The translations under genes were made by a program, and so were the position numbers. From Chiloscyllium plagiosum (Eukaryota), in contig NC_057720.1 in NCBI RefSeq assembly GCF_004010195.1, forward strand, positions 7,863,117 through 7,925,874: 62,758 bases of DNA. Direction: 5' to 3'. Positions within the stretch are counted from its first letter, which is position 1; the number at the start of each line of letters is the position of its first letter. Of this stretch, positions 61,845 to 62,758 are shown one piece after another. The notes beneath the pieces are model-generated. The model searched no databases. It was given only the letters and a program-made list of their open reading frames with translations, and was not told where the DNA came from.

Positions 61845-62758
61845 TGTCTCGGACCGTGTCTTCAGAATCCTTAAGGGGGAGGGTGTGCAGCCAGAAGTCG
61901 TGGTGCAAATTGGCACCAACGACATAGGTAGGAAGAGGGGTGGGAGGTCATTCAAGAGCTCAGGGAGTTAGGCTGGAAGCTCAGAGTCGTCATCTTTGGG
62001 TTGTTGCCGGTGCCACGTGACAGTGAGGCAAGGAATAGGGAGAGAGTGCAGTTGAACACGTGGCTGCAAGGATGGTGTAGGAGGGAGGGCTTCAGGTATT
62101 TGGACAATTGGACTGCATTCTGGGAAAGGTGGGACCTGTACAAGAAGGACGGGTTACACCTGAACCAGAAGGGCACCAATATCCTGGGAGGTTGGTTTGC
62201 TAGCACTCTTCGCGGGAGGGGTTTAAACTAATTTGGCAGGGGGATGGGATCCAGACTTGTAGTCCAGCAAGTAGGTTAGCTGTTTTTCAGGATGTCCAAG
62301 AATGTAGGGAGGCTGTGGAGAAGGTAGCACTGACAGGGAATACTTGCGGACACAGAGATGGGTTCAAGTGTGTATACTTCAACGCAAGGAGTATCAGAAA
62401 TAAGATGGCTGAACTTAAGGCATGGATTGGTACTTGGGACTACAATGTTGTGGCCATCACGGAAACGTGGATAGGAGAGGGACAGGAATGGTTGTTGGAG
62501 GTTCCTGGTTACAGATGTTTCAGTAAGATTAGGGAGGGTGGTAAAAAAGGAGGGGGTGTGGCGTTGCTAATTAGAAATGTATAACAGCTGCAGAAAGGCA
62601 GTTCGAGGGGGATCTGCCTTTGGAGGTAGTATGGGATGAAGTCAGAAATAGGAAAGGTGCAGTCACCTTGTTGGGTATTTACTATAGACCCCCCAATAGC
62701 AGCAGAGATGTGGAGAAACAGATTGGGAAACAGATCTTGGAAAGGTGCAGAAGCCACA
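61845..62758 (+). mobile_element. CR1 LINE: ORF1 SGNH/GDSL esterase C-terminus and start of ORF2 APE endonuclease (runs off the window; frameshifted)
   Basis: VVVQIGTNDIG and LYKKDGLHLN (esterase blocks); CVYFNARSIRNK...VVAITETW...GGGVALLI, and a later frame LLGIYYRPPNS (APE). Confidence 0.93.

Noticed and set aside
1..62758. Strand bias of LINEs as evidence for the orientation of a host intron
   Set aside because: Long copies lean minus but many (+) copies exist; too few independent events to infer a host gene

Overview
Non-coding, retroelement-saturated vertebrate DNA. The repeat families (HE1-type V-SINE, HER1/CR1 LINEs, Deu-domain SINEs) point to a cartilaginous fish, probably a shark (inference). 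I found no convincing host protein-coding exon. Every ORF in the track that I can recognise is a decayed transposon fragment: CR1 ORF1 esterase, APE and RT; Rex1/Babar RT; a second CR1/L2-group LINE; Penelope RT and GIY-YIG. There is a 311-N assembly gap at 10337-10647. The most notable structure is roughly 30 Penelope-like (PLE) termini from at least six families. They carry minimal hammerhead-ribozyme motifs whose stems co-vary between families, and many occur as 100-250 bp TSD-flanked monomers or inverted dimers. Other points of interest: a full-length tRNA-Trp(CCA) pseudogene in tandem with an HE1 SINE (possible composite SINE), a PLE copy carrying the junction of another PLE-in-Rex1 insertion 34 kb away, and a 61-bp inverted templated insertion. 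Repeat boundaries were read by eye and are approximate unless TSD coordinates are given.
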